Source: Thermoplasmata archaeon (GTDB taxonomy: Archaea > Thermoplasmatota > Thermoplasmata > Lutacidiplasmatales > UBA184). From it: DNA of 64,000 nucleotides. The notes beneath the pieces are model-generated. The model had not been told where the DNA came from and ran no database searches. It worked only from the letters and a program-made list of their open reading frames with translations. The stretch is taken from positions 70,875-134,874 of the forward strand of contig JBEKJG010000001.1 of assembly GCA_050011355.1 (NCBI GenBank), read 5' to 3'. Position numbers and translations under genes: made by a program. Positions 30,625-39,577 of this stretch are shown here, piece after piece (the first letter of the stretch is position 1; the number at the start of each line of letters is the position of its first letter).

Positions 30625-31162
30625 GGCCGAGGAGGTCGAGGTCACCCCCGACCTGTCCACCGTCACGGTCGGAGGGAAGACCTTCCCGGTGGTCGTCGTC
30701 CGCTCCGAAGCGCTGCGCGTCGAGCTCGAGATCGGCGGAGAGAAGGTGATGGTCGAGAACTGGCCGGACCACTTCCCGGAACCTCCCGCCCCGGTGGACG
30801 TCAACGGCGAACGCGGCCCCGTGAAGATTGAGCGCCTGACGAGCACGCCGGCGACCCCCGCTTCCCCCTCTCGGACGGAACCGGTTGCGGCCGCAACGAC
30901 CGCTCCCACGGCACCCACCCCCTCGACGGGGGTGCCCGAAGGGGGGACGCCGATCCTTCCCCCCATGCCCGGCAAGGTGATCGAGCTGAGGGTCGCGGAG
31001 GGCCAGCGGGTCGGGGCCGGCACGATCGTCCTCGTGCTCGAGGCGATGAAGATGCGCAACGAGGTCGCAAGCCCCGTGGCCGGCGTGGTCCGGGGGTTGC
31101 GCGTGAGCGTCGGGACGAACGCCCGCGCTCGCGAGCCGATGCTGTTCGTCAGCCCGGACTAG
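30596..31162 (+). CDS. biotin carboxyl carrier protein (1.3S-like)
   Basis: The N-terminus MRLRVVRDGKAEEVEV resembles the 1.3S/GcdC N-terminus. A Pro/Thr/Ala linker follows. The C-terminal biotinyl domain carries VLVLEAMKMRNEV. Confidence 0.85.
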   Translation: MRLRVVRDGKAEEVEVTPDLSTVTVGGKTFPVVVVRSEALRVELEIGGEKVMVENWPDHFPEPPAPVDVNGERGPVKIERLTSTPATPASPSRTEPVAAATTAPTAPTPSTGVPEGGTPILPPMPGKVIELRVAEGQRVGAGTIVLVLEAMKMRNEVASPVAGVVRGLRVSVGTNARAREPMLFVSPD

Positions 31163-31515
31163 AAGTGCGGGGCAGCGTGCCCGCACGCGGGGCACGTGGC
31201 GACGCCGGGGGCGAGGGGCGCGGCGCAGTAGATGCAGAACCCGAGGTCGGAGGTGAGGGGGGTCGACCGCACCGTCATGGCCGGACCGGTCGGTCCGCCC
31301 GCGGCCGGCGCCCCTCCGGCGGTGGACGGAACGGCACTGCGTCGGCCGACCTGCCGGTTGGCCCACGGGCCGTAGACGAGCACCAGGCTCCCGATCATCC
31401 ACCCGAGCAGGACGTAGAACGCGACCCCGGCCCACTGCGGGAAGGCGAAGAGGATCCCGATCGCCACCGCGATGGTGGCGAGGTTCACCAGCGTCAGCAG
31501 GGTGCGGAGGAGCAT
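31159..31515 (-). CDS. small membrane protein with a C-terminal zinc ribbon
   Basis: Two N-terminal TM segments are followed by CIYCAAPLAPGVATCPACG. Confidence 0.55.
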   Translation of the reverse strand: MLLRTLLTLVNLATIAVAIGILFAFPQWAGVAFYVLLGWMIGSLVLVYGPWANRQVGRRSAVPSTAGGAPAAGGPTGPAMTVRSTPLTSDLGFCIYCAAPLAPGVATCPACGHAAPHF

Positions 31516-31642
31516 GGCGTCGTTCGGGAGTACCCATGGAGCCGATGCCTCTTGGCCTTATGCGGCCCGCGGAACGGCCTACGGCCCCGAGGCCGGGGGT
31601 CGAGATGTGACGTTCCGCCGGCGGCGCTCCCGGGGCCATTCC

Positions 31643-31650
31643 TTCTATAC
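31643..31650 (+). promoter_or_regulatory. candidate TATA box (TTCTATAC) for a leaderless rtcB transcript
   Basis: Lies 23-30 nt upstream of ATG 31673. Confidence 0.4.
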
Positions 31651-31672
31651 CGTGCCGGGTTGGCCGCCCGCC

Positions 31673-33124
31673 ATGGAGACCGTCCCCAAGCTCGTCCGGC
31701 TGGACGAGTTCACGTTCCGGATCGACCCGACGGAACAGCCGGGGATGCGGGTGCCGGGGATCCTCTTCTCGGATGACGCGCTCCTGGCGAACGTCGCGGG
31801 AGACCCCTCCCTCGCCCAGCTCGCGAACGTCGCGACGTTACCGGGCATCGAGCGGAATGCCCTCGCGATGCCCGACATCCATTTCGGGTATGGGTTCCCC
31901 GTCGGCGGCGTGGCGGCGTTCGACCTGACCGAAGGGGTGGTCTCCCCCGGGGGGATCGGCTACGACATCAACTGCGGGGTCCGGCTGCTATCGACCAACC
32001 TGACCGCCGAGCAGGTCCGTCCGCGTCTCGCCGAGCTCATCGAGCGGCTCTACCGGGAGGTCCCCTCCGGGGTCGGCTCGAAGGGAGGCACCCACCTTTC
32101 GGCGGGAGAGGTCGACGAGGTCATGGCGGGGGGCGCGCGGTGGGCCGTCGAGCGTGGTCTCGGGCGCGCGAGCGACCTCGCGAACCAGGAGGAGGAGGGT
32201 CGTCTCGAGGGCGCCAAGCCCGCCGAGGTCTCGGAGAGCGCACGCAAACGGGGGCTCCGTCAGCTGGGGACCCTCGGCTCGGGCAACCACTTCCTGGAGG
32301 TCCAGACCGTGGACCGGGTCTTCGAACCCGAGTTCGCGGACGTCCTCGGCCTCGTCCCCGGTCGGGTCGTCGTCATGCTCCACACCGGATCGCGGGGGCT
32401 CGGCCACCAGGTCGCGACCGACTTCATCGCCCGGATGGACCATCGCCTGGCGACCGAGGGGGTCACGCTGGTCGACCGGCAGCTCTCCTGCGCCCCCGTC
32501 GGTTCGGACGACGGCGAGCGCTACCTCGGGGCGATGGCCGCCGCGGCGAACTTCGCGTGGGCCAACCGCCAGGCGATCACGCACGGGGTGCGCCGGGCCT
32601 TTTCCGCGGTCTTCCGGCAGCCGGACGAGGAGCTCGACCTGTCGGTGGTCTACGACATCGCGCACAACATGGCCAAGGTCGAGACCCACGCGGTAGAGGG
32701 CGGGGCCAAGCGCCTGCTCGTACACCGCAAGGGAGCGACCCGTGCGTTCCCGGCCGGGCGCGAGGAGGTTCCCGCCGCCTACCGCCCGTACGGCCAGCCC
32801 GTCCTCATCCCCGGCGACATGGGCACGGCGAGCTACGTCCTTGTCGGCCTACCGACCTCGATGGAGCGCTCCTTCGGCTCTTCCTGCCACGGCGCAGGCC
32901 GACGCCTGAGCCGTCATGCCGCCGTCCGCGAGTTCCGGTACGACGAGGTCACCCGCGACCTTCGGGCCAAGGGGATCATCGTCCGGTCGGCGTCCCGGGA
33001 GGGCGTCACCGAAGAGGCTCCCGGGGCCTACAAGGACGTGGAGGAGGTCGTACGCGTCGCGGAAGGTGCGGGCCTGACCCGCCGCGTCGCCCGACTGACC
33101 CCGCTCGGCGTCGTCAAGGGCTAG
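31673..33124 (+). CDS. rtcB: RNA-splicing ligase RtcB (3'-phosphate/5'-hydroxyl ligase)
   Basis: Starts METVPKLVRLDEF. Contains MPDIHFGYGFPVGG, GGIGYDINCGVRL, GSGNHFLE, HTGSRGLGHQ and SSCHGAGR. No intein is present. The track start at 31472 adds an implausible extension. Confidence 0.93.
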   Translation: METVPKLVRLDEFTFRIDPTEQPGMRVPGILFSDDALLANVAGDPSLAQLANVATLPGIERNALAMPDIHFGYGFPVGGVAAFDLTEGVVSPGGIGYDINCGVRLLSTNLTAEQVRPRLAELIERLYREVPSGVGSKGGTHLSAGEVDEVMAGGARWAVERGLGRASDLANQEEEGRLEGAKPAEVSESARKRGLRQLGTLGSGNHFLEVQTVDRVFEPEFADVLGLVPGRVVVMLHTGSRGLGHQVATDFIARMDHRLATEGVTLVDRQLSCAPVGSDDGERYLGAMAAAANFAWANRQAITHGVRRAFSAVFRQPDEELDLSVVYDIAHNMAKVETHAVEGGAKRLLVHRKGATRAFPAGREEVPAAYRPYGQPVLIPGDMGTASYVLVGLPTSMERSFGSSCHGAGRRLSRHAAVREFRYDEVTRDLRAKGIIVRSASREGVTEEAPGAYKDVEEVVRVAEGAGLTRRVARLTPLGVVKG

Positions 33125-36100
33125 GCGGCCGTTCCCGTCGGCGGCCCCGGGTCGCGACCACCGCCAGGGCGAGCACCACGACGACTCCGGCGAGGACGAC
33201 GTAGAGGACGAGGGCCGAGCCGGTGCCGCTGGAGGATGGGTGGGGCGCGGAGACCACCGTGATCGTCCAGCTCAGCACGACCGACCCCCCGCTCGCACCC
33301 CGCACCGTCAGGGTCGCCGAGTAGGTCCCCGGCAGCGTATAGACGTGGCTGAAGTTCGCCGTTCCGTCCGTCCCTCCGTCGCCGGTCGCCCACGCGAACG
33401 TGTAGGGGGCCATGCCCCCGGAGGCGGCAGCGGAGAACGTCACGGAGAGCGGTGCCGTCCCCCCCTCCGCCGACGGTCCGCCGCTCACCATCAGACCGGG
33501 CACAACGCCCGACCCGATCTCCACGCCGAGCACGGCCACCGCCCCGTCCCCCCACAGGTCGCTCGCGCTCACGTTGACCGAGTAGTTTCCCGGCTCGAGG
33601 TAGGTGTGGTTGGTCGAAGGGCCCGAGGCGGTCGTGCCGTCGCCGAAGCTCCAGTTCACGTTGGTCGTGCCCGGGGCGACGACCCCGGAGGTCGCGGCCC
33701 AGTCGAGGCCCGGCGCCCCGGAGGGCGGACCGCCACTCGCGGTCAACTGGAGGGCGTCGCTCGCGGGGACGAACCCCCCGGTTTCGGAGGCGAACAACTG
33801 GGGAGTGACGAGGGTCGCTTGGGTCGCGGCCTGGCCCCCGGTCCAGTCGGCGGTCACGGAAGCGAACAGGAAGTCGGAGGTTTCCGGGGCCCCCCAGTAG
33901 TAGGTCTGCGCGGCGGTGGGGCCCCACGCCGTGGCGTTCTCCCCGAGGTCCCAGTAGACTTGGGCGGGAGCGGAGGCGCCGTCGGGGAGGCTCGTCTGGG
34001 CGGAGTAATGGATCGTCGACCCGGAGGAGATGTTCACCGCCGGCGAGAAGGTGGCGGTGAGCACCGGTGCGGTCGAACTTCCGGAGGGGAGCACGTCGAT
34101 CAGGAATCCTTCGCTCGCGTTCCCGTACCCTCCGTCGATCGCGTCTCCCGTTGCGGAGTAGAATCCCGGAGTCGTGTAGTCGTGTTCCACCACGGCCCCG
34201 ACGGCCCGAGTCCCGTCCCCGAAGCTCCATTCGGTCGAGTTCGGGGCGGGGAGGTACCCTCCTCCCTCGCTAGCGCGGAACGTCACGGTCAGGGGGGCCG
34301 GTCCGTACATCGGCGAGGTGGAGAACGTCGCGGTGAGGGCCGGGGCGACCGTCACGTTCGTCTCGTTCGAGGCCCGGTCTCCGACCAGGTCGACCGCGGT
34401 GAGGGAGACCGGGTAGGTCCCCGCGGCCCGGAAGATCGCACAATCGCACGCGTTCACGTACGGGTCGGAGGAGGTCAGTGTCTCCGTCAATCCCGCCCCT
34501 CCCTCGCCGGTGGCCCCGCCACCCACCCGGAACAGGGAGGGGAAGTCGGCCGGGGCGTCGCGGATGCCGGGGGACGCGGTCGCCTGGACCGTCAGTGGTT
34601 CCGAAGCGTTCGAGCACACCGGGGCCGGGGCGCCGCCGACCGCGATGGCCACGGGCGCACTCCGTGCCCCGTCGACCGGGTCGGCGGAGTCTTCGGCGAC
34701 CACCGCGGCGCAGAACCCTCCCGAGGTCCCGTACCCGTGGGTTACCGTCGCGGAGGAGCTGAGGTTGAGGAAGGTCCCGTCCCCGAATGTATAGACGTAC
34801 TGGTACGGAGCGAGTCCCCCGACTACGCTGGCCGTGAACGTGACGGGGGCGTCGACTCCGGGGGCGCCCGTGGAGGGGGTGAGGGTGATGTTGAGCGGAC
34901 CGCCGCCCCCAACAACGATGGCCACAGGGTACGAGGAGGTGAGGTTGCCGGAGGAGTCGGCGGCGAACGCGATCGCCGTGTAGACACCGCTGCGCGTGAA
35001 CCTGTGAGAGACGACCCCGTTGCTCGCGAGGCCCGACGTCCCGTCACCGAAATAGACGCCCTCTAGTGGGTAGGGCGCCTGGCCGCCCGACGGGGCCACC
35101 CCGAACCGAACGGTGGTCGGCGTGGGGCCGTAGGTCTCGTTGGCGTAGAGGAGGACCCGCAGGGAGGAGTCCGGCGGGAGCGGCTCGGTCAAGTCCTTCA
35201 CCAAGGCCCCGACGATCGGCGTGCCGATCCCCGTCACCGGGTCCCATCCCGTCCCGGCCGAGTAGCCGTTGTTGCCGCTCGTGACGTCGTGGAAGTCGGT
35301 CGAGTAGTTCGCGCTTCGAAGGATGGAGTACGCCGTCGGGTCGAGCAGGCCGAGATCGCGACCCGCGTACTGGTCTGCGATGGCGGCGAATCCAGCCCAG
35401 AGCGGCGTCGCGAGGCTGGTGCCGCCGACGCCTTCAGCCCCTCCGCCCTGGACGATCGTCACGCCGTCGGACGCGTCCGCCGCGACGTCCGGTATCCCTC
35501 GGGTGGAAGGGGAGGCCGGGACGCCGACCCCGCCCTGCCAGTACGGTCGGGGGAAGGGAGAGAAGCCGCCGCCGGAACCGCCCTGGTTCTGGCAGCCGGG
35601 CGCGGTCTGTCCGGAGGAGTTCCCGCTCCATCCGGTCTCGCCTTCGTAGACGCCGCTGGAGGAAACGCTGAGGTACGTCCCACCGACCGCCACGGCGGAC
35701 GGGTCGGAAGCCGGATAGTCGGTCGAGACCGAGCTGGTCCCATCGGCGGCACCACAGTCGCCGGTCGCGACGAAGACACCGATCCCTTCGACCGCCGCGG
35801 CCTGAAGGACCGGGGACAGGATCTCGTACGATCCGTCGCTGGTCGCGTTGCATTCGGAGGTGCACGCCCCGCTGTACGCGTTGAAGATCCCCACGTCGGG
35901 CTCTCCCCAGCTCAGGGAGATCACGTCGACCAGGCGGTGGGAGACAAGCCAGTCCACGGCGAGGTAGAGCCCGACCCCTGAATTGGGGGCGAACGTCATC
36001 GCGATCGATGCGCCCGGCGCGGAGGCGTGCGTCCACTCGAGGTCCAGGGCCTCCTCCGTGCCCCAGCCCGTGGGAGTGGAGTTGAGAGCCGTGGTCGTGG

Positions 36101-36995
36101 GTACCGGATAGTTGTAGGTCACGGAGGGAGTGGGAAGATCGAAGATCGAGTTGAAGTCCGAAAGGTCGCTCTCGAGCTGGTCCTGGGGCTCGTTGGAGTC
36201 GTAGGTATCGACCACGCCGATCCGCTCGCCAGTCCCTTCGGTCCCGTTCGCGATGAGCCCGGCCGAATCGTACGCGCCCCAGATCTGGCACGGGGAGAGA
36301 CCCGCCGGACCGGTGCTGCACCCGGCCGCCGGGGCGAGGGCCACCCTTCCGGCTCCGGTCTCGAGGTCCAGGGGCTGGGGGTTCGTCACATTCCCGAGTC
36401 CGTAGACCCCCGACACGGGGACGGAACCCGGGAGGCGCGCGGCGGTGGGGTGCGCGAAGAACGTTCGCCCGTCGGCGCCCCGGTACTCGTCGAAGGTCGT
36501 TCCGAACGCGCGGGCCACGGACCCCGAGGTCCCGGAGAGGGTGAGGAGCATTCCGTCAGGGCTCACGCTCGAGCGGAGCCCGTACCCGGCGAAGTAGGAT
36601 TCGACGGAGACCACCTCCGGGGCGGACGGCCCGAAGCGGCTCGAGACCGCGGTGGGGGAGAGGAATTCGTGGTAGGCTCCGGTGCCGGGGATGTAGGCAG
36701 CGGCTTCGTACGCGGCGAATCCGCTCGGATCCCGGGACGGGAGCCCGACCAGGAGCGTCAGCGGGGTAGCGGCGGGGAGGTCCCCCAGAGACCGGACCCC
36801 CGGGCCGGGAGAGAAACCTCCCGCCACCAGGACCGGGCCGGAGGTGGGAGCCGGAGGGCTGGGAGCGAGTAGGGAGGGGGTGACCGACGCCGGGGCGGCG
36901 ACGGATCCCGGCAGGGCGAGTGCCGTGGCCGCAACGATCGCCACGGCGACCACCAGAGCGCGGGTCGACGGGGCGAATCGGTGTGCCACGACCAT
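33114..36995 (-). CDS. secreted, membrane-anchored sedolisin (S53) peptidase with multiple PKD/Ig-like repeats
   Basis: Has a signal peptide, a pro-kumamolisin-type activation domain (LSPTAVSSRFGPSAPEVVSVESYF...LTLSGTSGSVARAFGT), the catalytic Ser motif GGTSLATPLWAG, at least 6 repeats carrying a F.FGDGT/W.FGDGT core, and a C-terminal TM segment with a basic tail. Confidence 0.85.
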   Translation of the reverse strand: MVVAHRFAPSTRALVVAVAIVAATALALPGSVAAPASVTPSLLAPSPPAPTSGPVLVAGGFSPGPGVRSLGDLPAATPLTLLVGLPSRDPSGFAAYEAAAYIPGTGAYHEFLSPTAVSSRFGPSAPEVVSVESYFAGYGLRSSVSPDGMLLTLSGTSGSVARAFGTTFDEYRGADGRTFFAHPTAARLPGSVPVSGVYGLGNVTNPQPLDLETGAGRVALAPAAGCSTGPAGLSPCQIWGAYDSAGLIANGTEGTGERIGVVDTYDSNEPQDQLESDLSDFNSIFDLPTPSVTYNYPVPTTTALNSTPTGWGTEEALDLEWTHASAPGASIAMTFAPNSGVGLYLAVDWLVSHRLVDVISLSWGEPDVGIFNAYSGACTSECNATSDGSYEILSPVLQAAAVEGIGVFVATGDCGAADGTSSVSTDYPASDPSAVAVGGTYLSVSSSGVYEGETGWSGNSSGQTAPGCQNQGGSGGGFSPFPRPYWQGGVGVPASPSTRGIPDVAADASDGVTIVQGGGAEGVGGTSLATPLWAGFAAIADQYAGRDLGLLDPTAYSILRSANYSTDFHDVTSGNNGYSAGTGWDPVTGIGTPIVGALVKDLTEPLPPDSSLRVLLYANETYGPTPTTVRFGVAPSGGQAPYPLEGVYFGDGTSGLASNGVVSHRFTRSGVYTAIAFAADSSGNLTSSYPVAIVVGGGGPLNITLTPSTGAPGVDAPVTFTASVVGGLAPYQYVYTFGDGTFLNLSSSATVTHGYGTSGGFCAAVVAEDSADPVDGARSAPVAIAVGGAPAPVCSNASEPLTVQATASPGIRDAPADFPSLFRVGGGATGEGGAGLTETLTSSDPYVNACDCAIFRAAGTYPVSLTAVDLVGDRASNETNVTVAPALTATFSTSPMYGPAPLTVTFRASEGGGYLPAPNSTEWSFGDGTRAVGAVVEHDYTTPGFYSATGDAIDGGYGNASEGFLIDVLPSGSSTAPVLTATFSPAVNISSGSTIHYSAQTSLPDGASAPAQVYWDLGENATAWGPTAAQTYYWGAPETSDFLFASVTADWTGGQAATQATLVTPQLFASETGGFVPASDALQLTASGGPPSGAPGLDWAATSGVVAPGTTNVNWSFGDGTTASGPSTNHTYLEPGNYSVNVSASDLWGDGAVAVLGVEIGSGVVPGLMVSGGPSAEGGTAPLSVTFSAAASGGMAPYTFAWATGDGGTDGTANFSHVYTLPGTYSATLTVRGASGGSVVLSWTITVVSAPHPSSSGTGSALVLYVVLAGVVVVLALAVVATRGRRRERPPSP

Positions 36996-37091
36996 TCGAC
37001 GCGACCACCGCCTTTAACCCTAATCCCCGACGCTCGTCCCTTTCGCTGAAGACCTCTTAAACCGCACCCGGCGTGAGGCGCCGAGGAGTTC

Positions 37092-38429
37092 GTGGACCCC
37101 TACCTCGGATACGAGATCGCCGCGGCGGTCATCGTCGCGTACCTGGTCCTCATCATCCTCCTCGGGCGGGCCGGGTACATCGCGCCGAACCGCGCCGTGT
37201 CGTTCTTCGGCCCTGCGCTCATGATCAAGACCCAGCGGGGCCGCGCGGCGATCGACCGGTGGGCGCGGTTCCGCCGATTCTGGACCGCCGTGAGTGACCT
37301 GGGCGTGGCCCTCGCGGCGATCTCCATGGCCACGATCATCGCCCTTCTGGTCCTCGACGCGTTCGTCTCGCTCCGCGTGCCCGCCTCCCAGGCCCCCTCC
37401 CCGCAAGAGGCGCTCGGGCTGCCGGGGATCAACCCGATCATCCCGCTCGGCTACGGGATCGTCGCCCTGGTCGTCGGGATCGTCCTGCACGAGCTCTCCC
37501 ACGGGGTCGTCGCCCGCTCCCAGGGGATCGGGGTGAAGAGCCTCGGGATCCTCGTCTTCGTCGTCCCGGTCGGCGCGTTCGTCGAGCAGGACGAATCCGA
37601 CATGACCGGCGCCAGCCGTCGCCGCCGGGACCGGGTCGCCGCGGCGGGGATCCTCGCCAACTTCGTGATCGCGCTGGTGTTCTTCGCCCTGCTCGCCGCC
37701 GTGATCTCCTCTTCGGTCGCACCGAACGCCAACGGCGTGGGGGTCGCCTACGTGCAGCCGGGGTCGCCCGCCGCGAACGCGAGCCTCGTCCCGGGGGACA
37801 TCATCACGTCCATCAACGGCACCGCGACGACCAGCGCGAACGATTTCCTCGCATCCCTTTCGAACACGACGCCCGGACAGACGGTGGTCGTCGACTACTA
37901 CTCGGGTTCGCAACATACGAACCTCGCCGTCTCGGTCGTGCTCGCCCCGAGCCCGACGGTGAAGGGCCGCGGCTTCCTCGGGGTCGCCGTCTCCTACCTC
38001 ACCCCGGTGGGATTGAAGCAGACCCTCACCTCCCCGCTCTCCAGCCCGAACGGCCCGCTGGTCGGCTCCATCGACTGGCTGGTGCTGCCGCTCGCGGGGC
38101 TCGAGCCCCTCAGCGGCTCGGCCACGAGCTACTTCCACCTCACCGGGCCGTTCGCGGGCGTCGACCCCAACACTTTCTGGATCGGCGCGAACGTGCTCTA
38201 CTGGATCGCGTGGATGAGCCTCCTGCTCGGACTCTCGAACGCTCTCCCGCTCGTCCCGTTGGACGGCGGGCTGCTGTTCCGGGATTTCGCCGCCTCCATC
38301 GCCGCCCGGTTCCGCAAGGGGTGGAGCGACGCCCGGCTGGACGAGTTCGGGGGGCGGGCCGCCGTTATTTCCTCCGTCCTGGTCCTGGTGCTCCTCGCAT
38401 GGCAGTTCATCGTGCCTCGGCTCCTCTAG
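37092..38429 (+). CDS. site-2 protease (M50 family) with PDZ domain
   Basis: GTG start after GAGGAG. The HExxH motif is HELSHGVVAR. The PDZ segment is GVAYVQPGSPAANASLVPGDIITSING. The second motif is NALPLVPLDGG. Confidence 0.88.
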   Translation: MDPYLGYEIAAAVIVAYLVLIILLGRAGYIAPNRAVSFFGPALMIKTQRGRAAIDRWARFRRFWTAVSDLGVALAAISMATIIALLVLDAFVSLRVPASQAPSPQEALGLPGINPIIPLGYGIVALVVGIVLHELSHGVVARSQGIGVKSLGILVFVVPVGAFVEQDESDMTGASRRRRDRVAAAGILANFVIALVFFALLAAVISSSVAPNANGVGVAYVQPGSPAANASLVPGDIITSINGTATTSANDFLASLSNTTPGQTVVVDYYSGSQHTNLAVSVVLAPSPTVKGRGFLGVAVSYLTPVGLKQTLTSPLSSPNGPLVGSIDWLVLPLAGLEPLSGSATSYFHLTGPFAGVDPNTFWIGANVLYWIAWMSLLLGLSNALPLVPLDGGLLFRDFAASIAARFRKGWSDARLDEFGGRAAVISSVLVLVLLAWQFIVPRLL

Positions 38430-39577
38430 ACGCCGCCTCCCTGTTCGGGGAGTACCCGTTCCTTCCGGGGGCCGAGAGCCTGGTCCGCGGGCAGACCTGG
38501 ACCGTCCGCACGCTGCTCGAGGAGCCCGCGTACGGTTCCGCGCGCGCCCTCGGCCGGGCCCGCATCCTCGCGGCCGCCGACGACCCCCGGGCGGTGCGCG
38601 ACGTCGCCGAGTTTGCCGGTGCCGCGGCCGACGTCCGCTACCTCTCCTTTCTCTTCGCCCGGCTGGTCCTCGCCTCGGCGCCCTCGCCGGCTCCCCTCCG
38701 CCGATGGGCGGTGGCGGAATCGAAACGGAGCTCGAGCCGGCTCGAATCCCTGCACGGCCCCGAACAGGCGGCCGAGATCGAGGCGGTCGCGGACGCGCTC
38801 CACAGCCCGATGCGGTCGGGAGCGGACGGAATGGAGATCGCCCTCCCCGACTACGTGCGCCTCGCGACGCCGATCCGGGAGGCGGACTACCGGCTGGTCC
38901 GGCAGGAGGTCCGGGGAGGATCCGTCCTCGTCCGCCCCAAACGCGCCGCCCGGTTGTTGGAGGAGGCGATCCGCCGTACGCTCGCCGACCCGATCCCGCT
39001 GACCCCCGAGGTCGTCGCCCTCGTACGCGAACGGGAGGCCGAGCTCCTCGGGGACGTGGCGGCGCGGATGCCGCTCCCGGTCGCGCGAGCGAGCGCCGGC
39101 GGTGGGGTCCTCCGGCCCGAGCGCTTTCCCCCGTGCATCCGCAAGATGCGGCGAACGCTCCAGAAAGGCGAGAACCTCTCCCACGCCGGTCGGTTCGCCC
39201 TCGCGGCGTTCCTTCACCGGGCCGGCGCGGACCCGGAGACGATCGTCGACGCGTACCGCGGCGCCCCGGACTTCGACGAGTCCATCACGCGCTACCAGGT
39301 CGAGCACATCACCCAGCGGTCCGGAGGCCTCGGGTACGAGCCGCCGGAGTGCGAGACCCTCCGCAGCCACGGGTTGTGCGTCCGGGAAGGGGACCCGGGG
39401 GCCGAGTCACCGGTCGACCGGGCCCGAGACCCCCTCTGCTTCGAGGAGTGGCTGCGCCACCCGCTCCAGTACTACCGGACCCGGGGCGGAACGGTCATCG
39501 AGCGAGGCGACCCGGACGCGGCCCCCGGCGCTACGCCGAAGGCGGGATCGCGCGGTAGGTCCGGACCGCCCGGCTGA
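38399..39577 (+). CDS. priL: DNA primase large subunit
   Basis: Contains FPPCIRKMRRTLQKGENLSHAGRFALAAFL and the FeS cysteines (PPC, PPEC...GLC...PLC). ATG 38399 is chosen. Track start 38210 would overlap the M50 gene by 220 nt. Confidence 0.8.
   Translation: MAVHRASAPLDAASLFGEYPFLPGAESLVRGQTWTVRTLLEEPAYGSARALGRARILAAADDPRAVRDVAEFAGAAADVRYLSFLFARLVLASAPSPAPLRRWAVAESKRSSSRLESLHGPEQAAEIEAVADALHSPMRSGADGMEIALPDYVRLATPIREADYRLVRQEVRGGSVLVRPKRAARLLEEAIRRTLADPIPLTPEVVALVREREAELLGDVAARMPLPVARASAGGGVLRPERFPPCIRKMRRTLQKGENLSHAGRFALAAFLHRAGADPETIVDAYRGAPDFDESITRYQVEHITQRSGGLGYEPPECETLRSHGLCVREGDPGAESPVDRARDPLCFEEWLRHPLQYYRTRGGTVIERGDPDAAPGATPKAGSRGRSGPPG

Noticed and set aside
31472-31672. N-terminal 67-aa extension of RtcB in the track ORF; I also checked the gene for an intein
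   Set aside because: The extension is low-complexity. A TATA-like element sits 23-30 nt before ATG 31673, and the canonical RtcB N-terminus starts there. The 483-aa protein is co-linear with intein-free RtcB.
33114-36995. Possible nucleotide-level tandem repeats or a CRISPR-like array in the PKD-repeat region
   Set aside because: The periodicity is at the protein-domain level (about 85-90 aa PKD units) and the DNA sequence has diverged. There are no short identical direct repeats separated by unique spacers anywhere in the window.
38210-38398. Longer PriL start (track 38210), which would overlap the S2P gene by 220 nt
   Set aside because: The overlapped part translates to Arg/Pro-rich sequence that is the out-of-frame reading of the S2P C-terminus. 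ATG 38399 gives a normal PriL N-terminus.
39531-39577. 47-nt convergent overlap between priL and the CDP-alcohol phosphatidyltransferase gene, as a possible antisense regulatory arrangement
   Set aside because: Convergent 3' overlaps are common here (rtcB/sedolisin by 11 nt, biotin carrier/Zn-ribbon protein by 4 nt). Late stop codons in a GC-rich genome explain them most simply.
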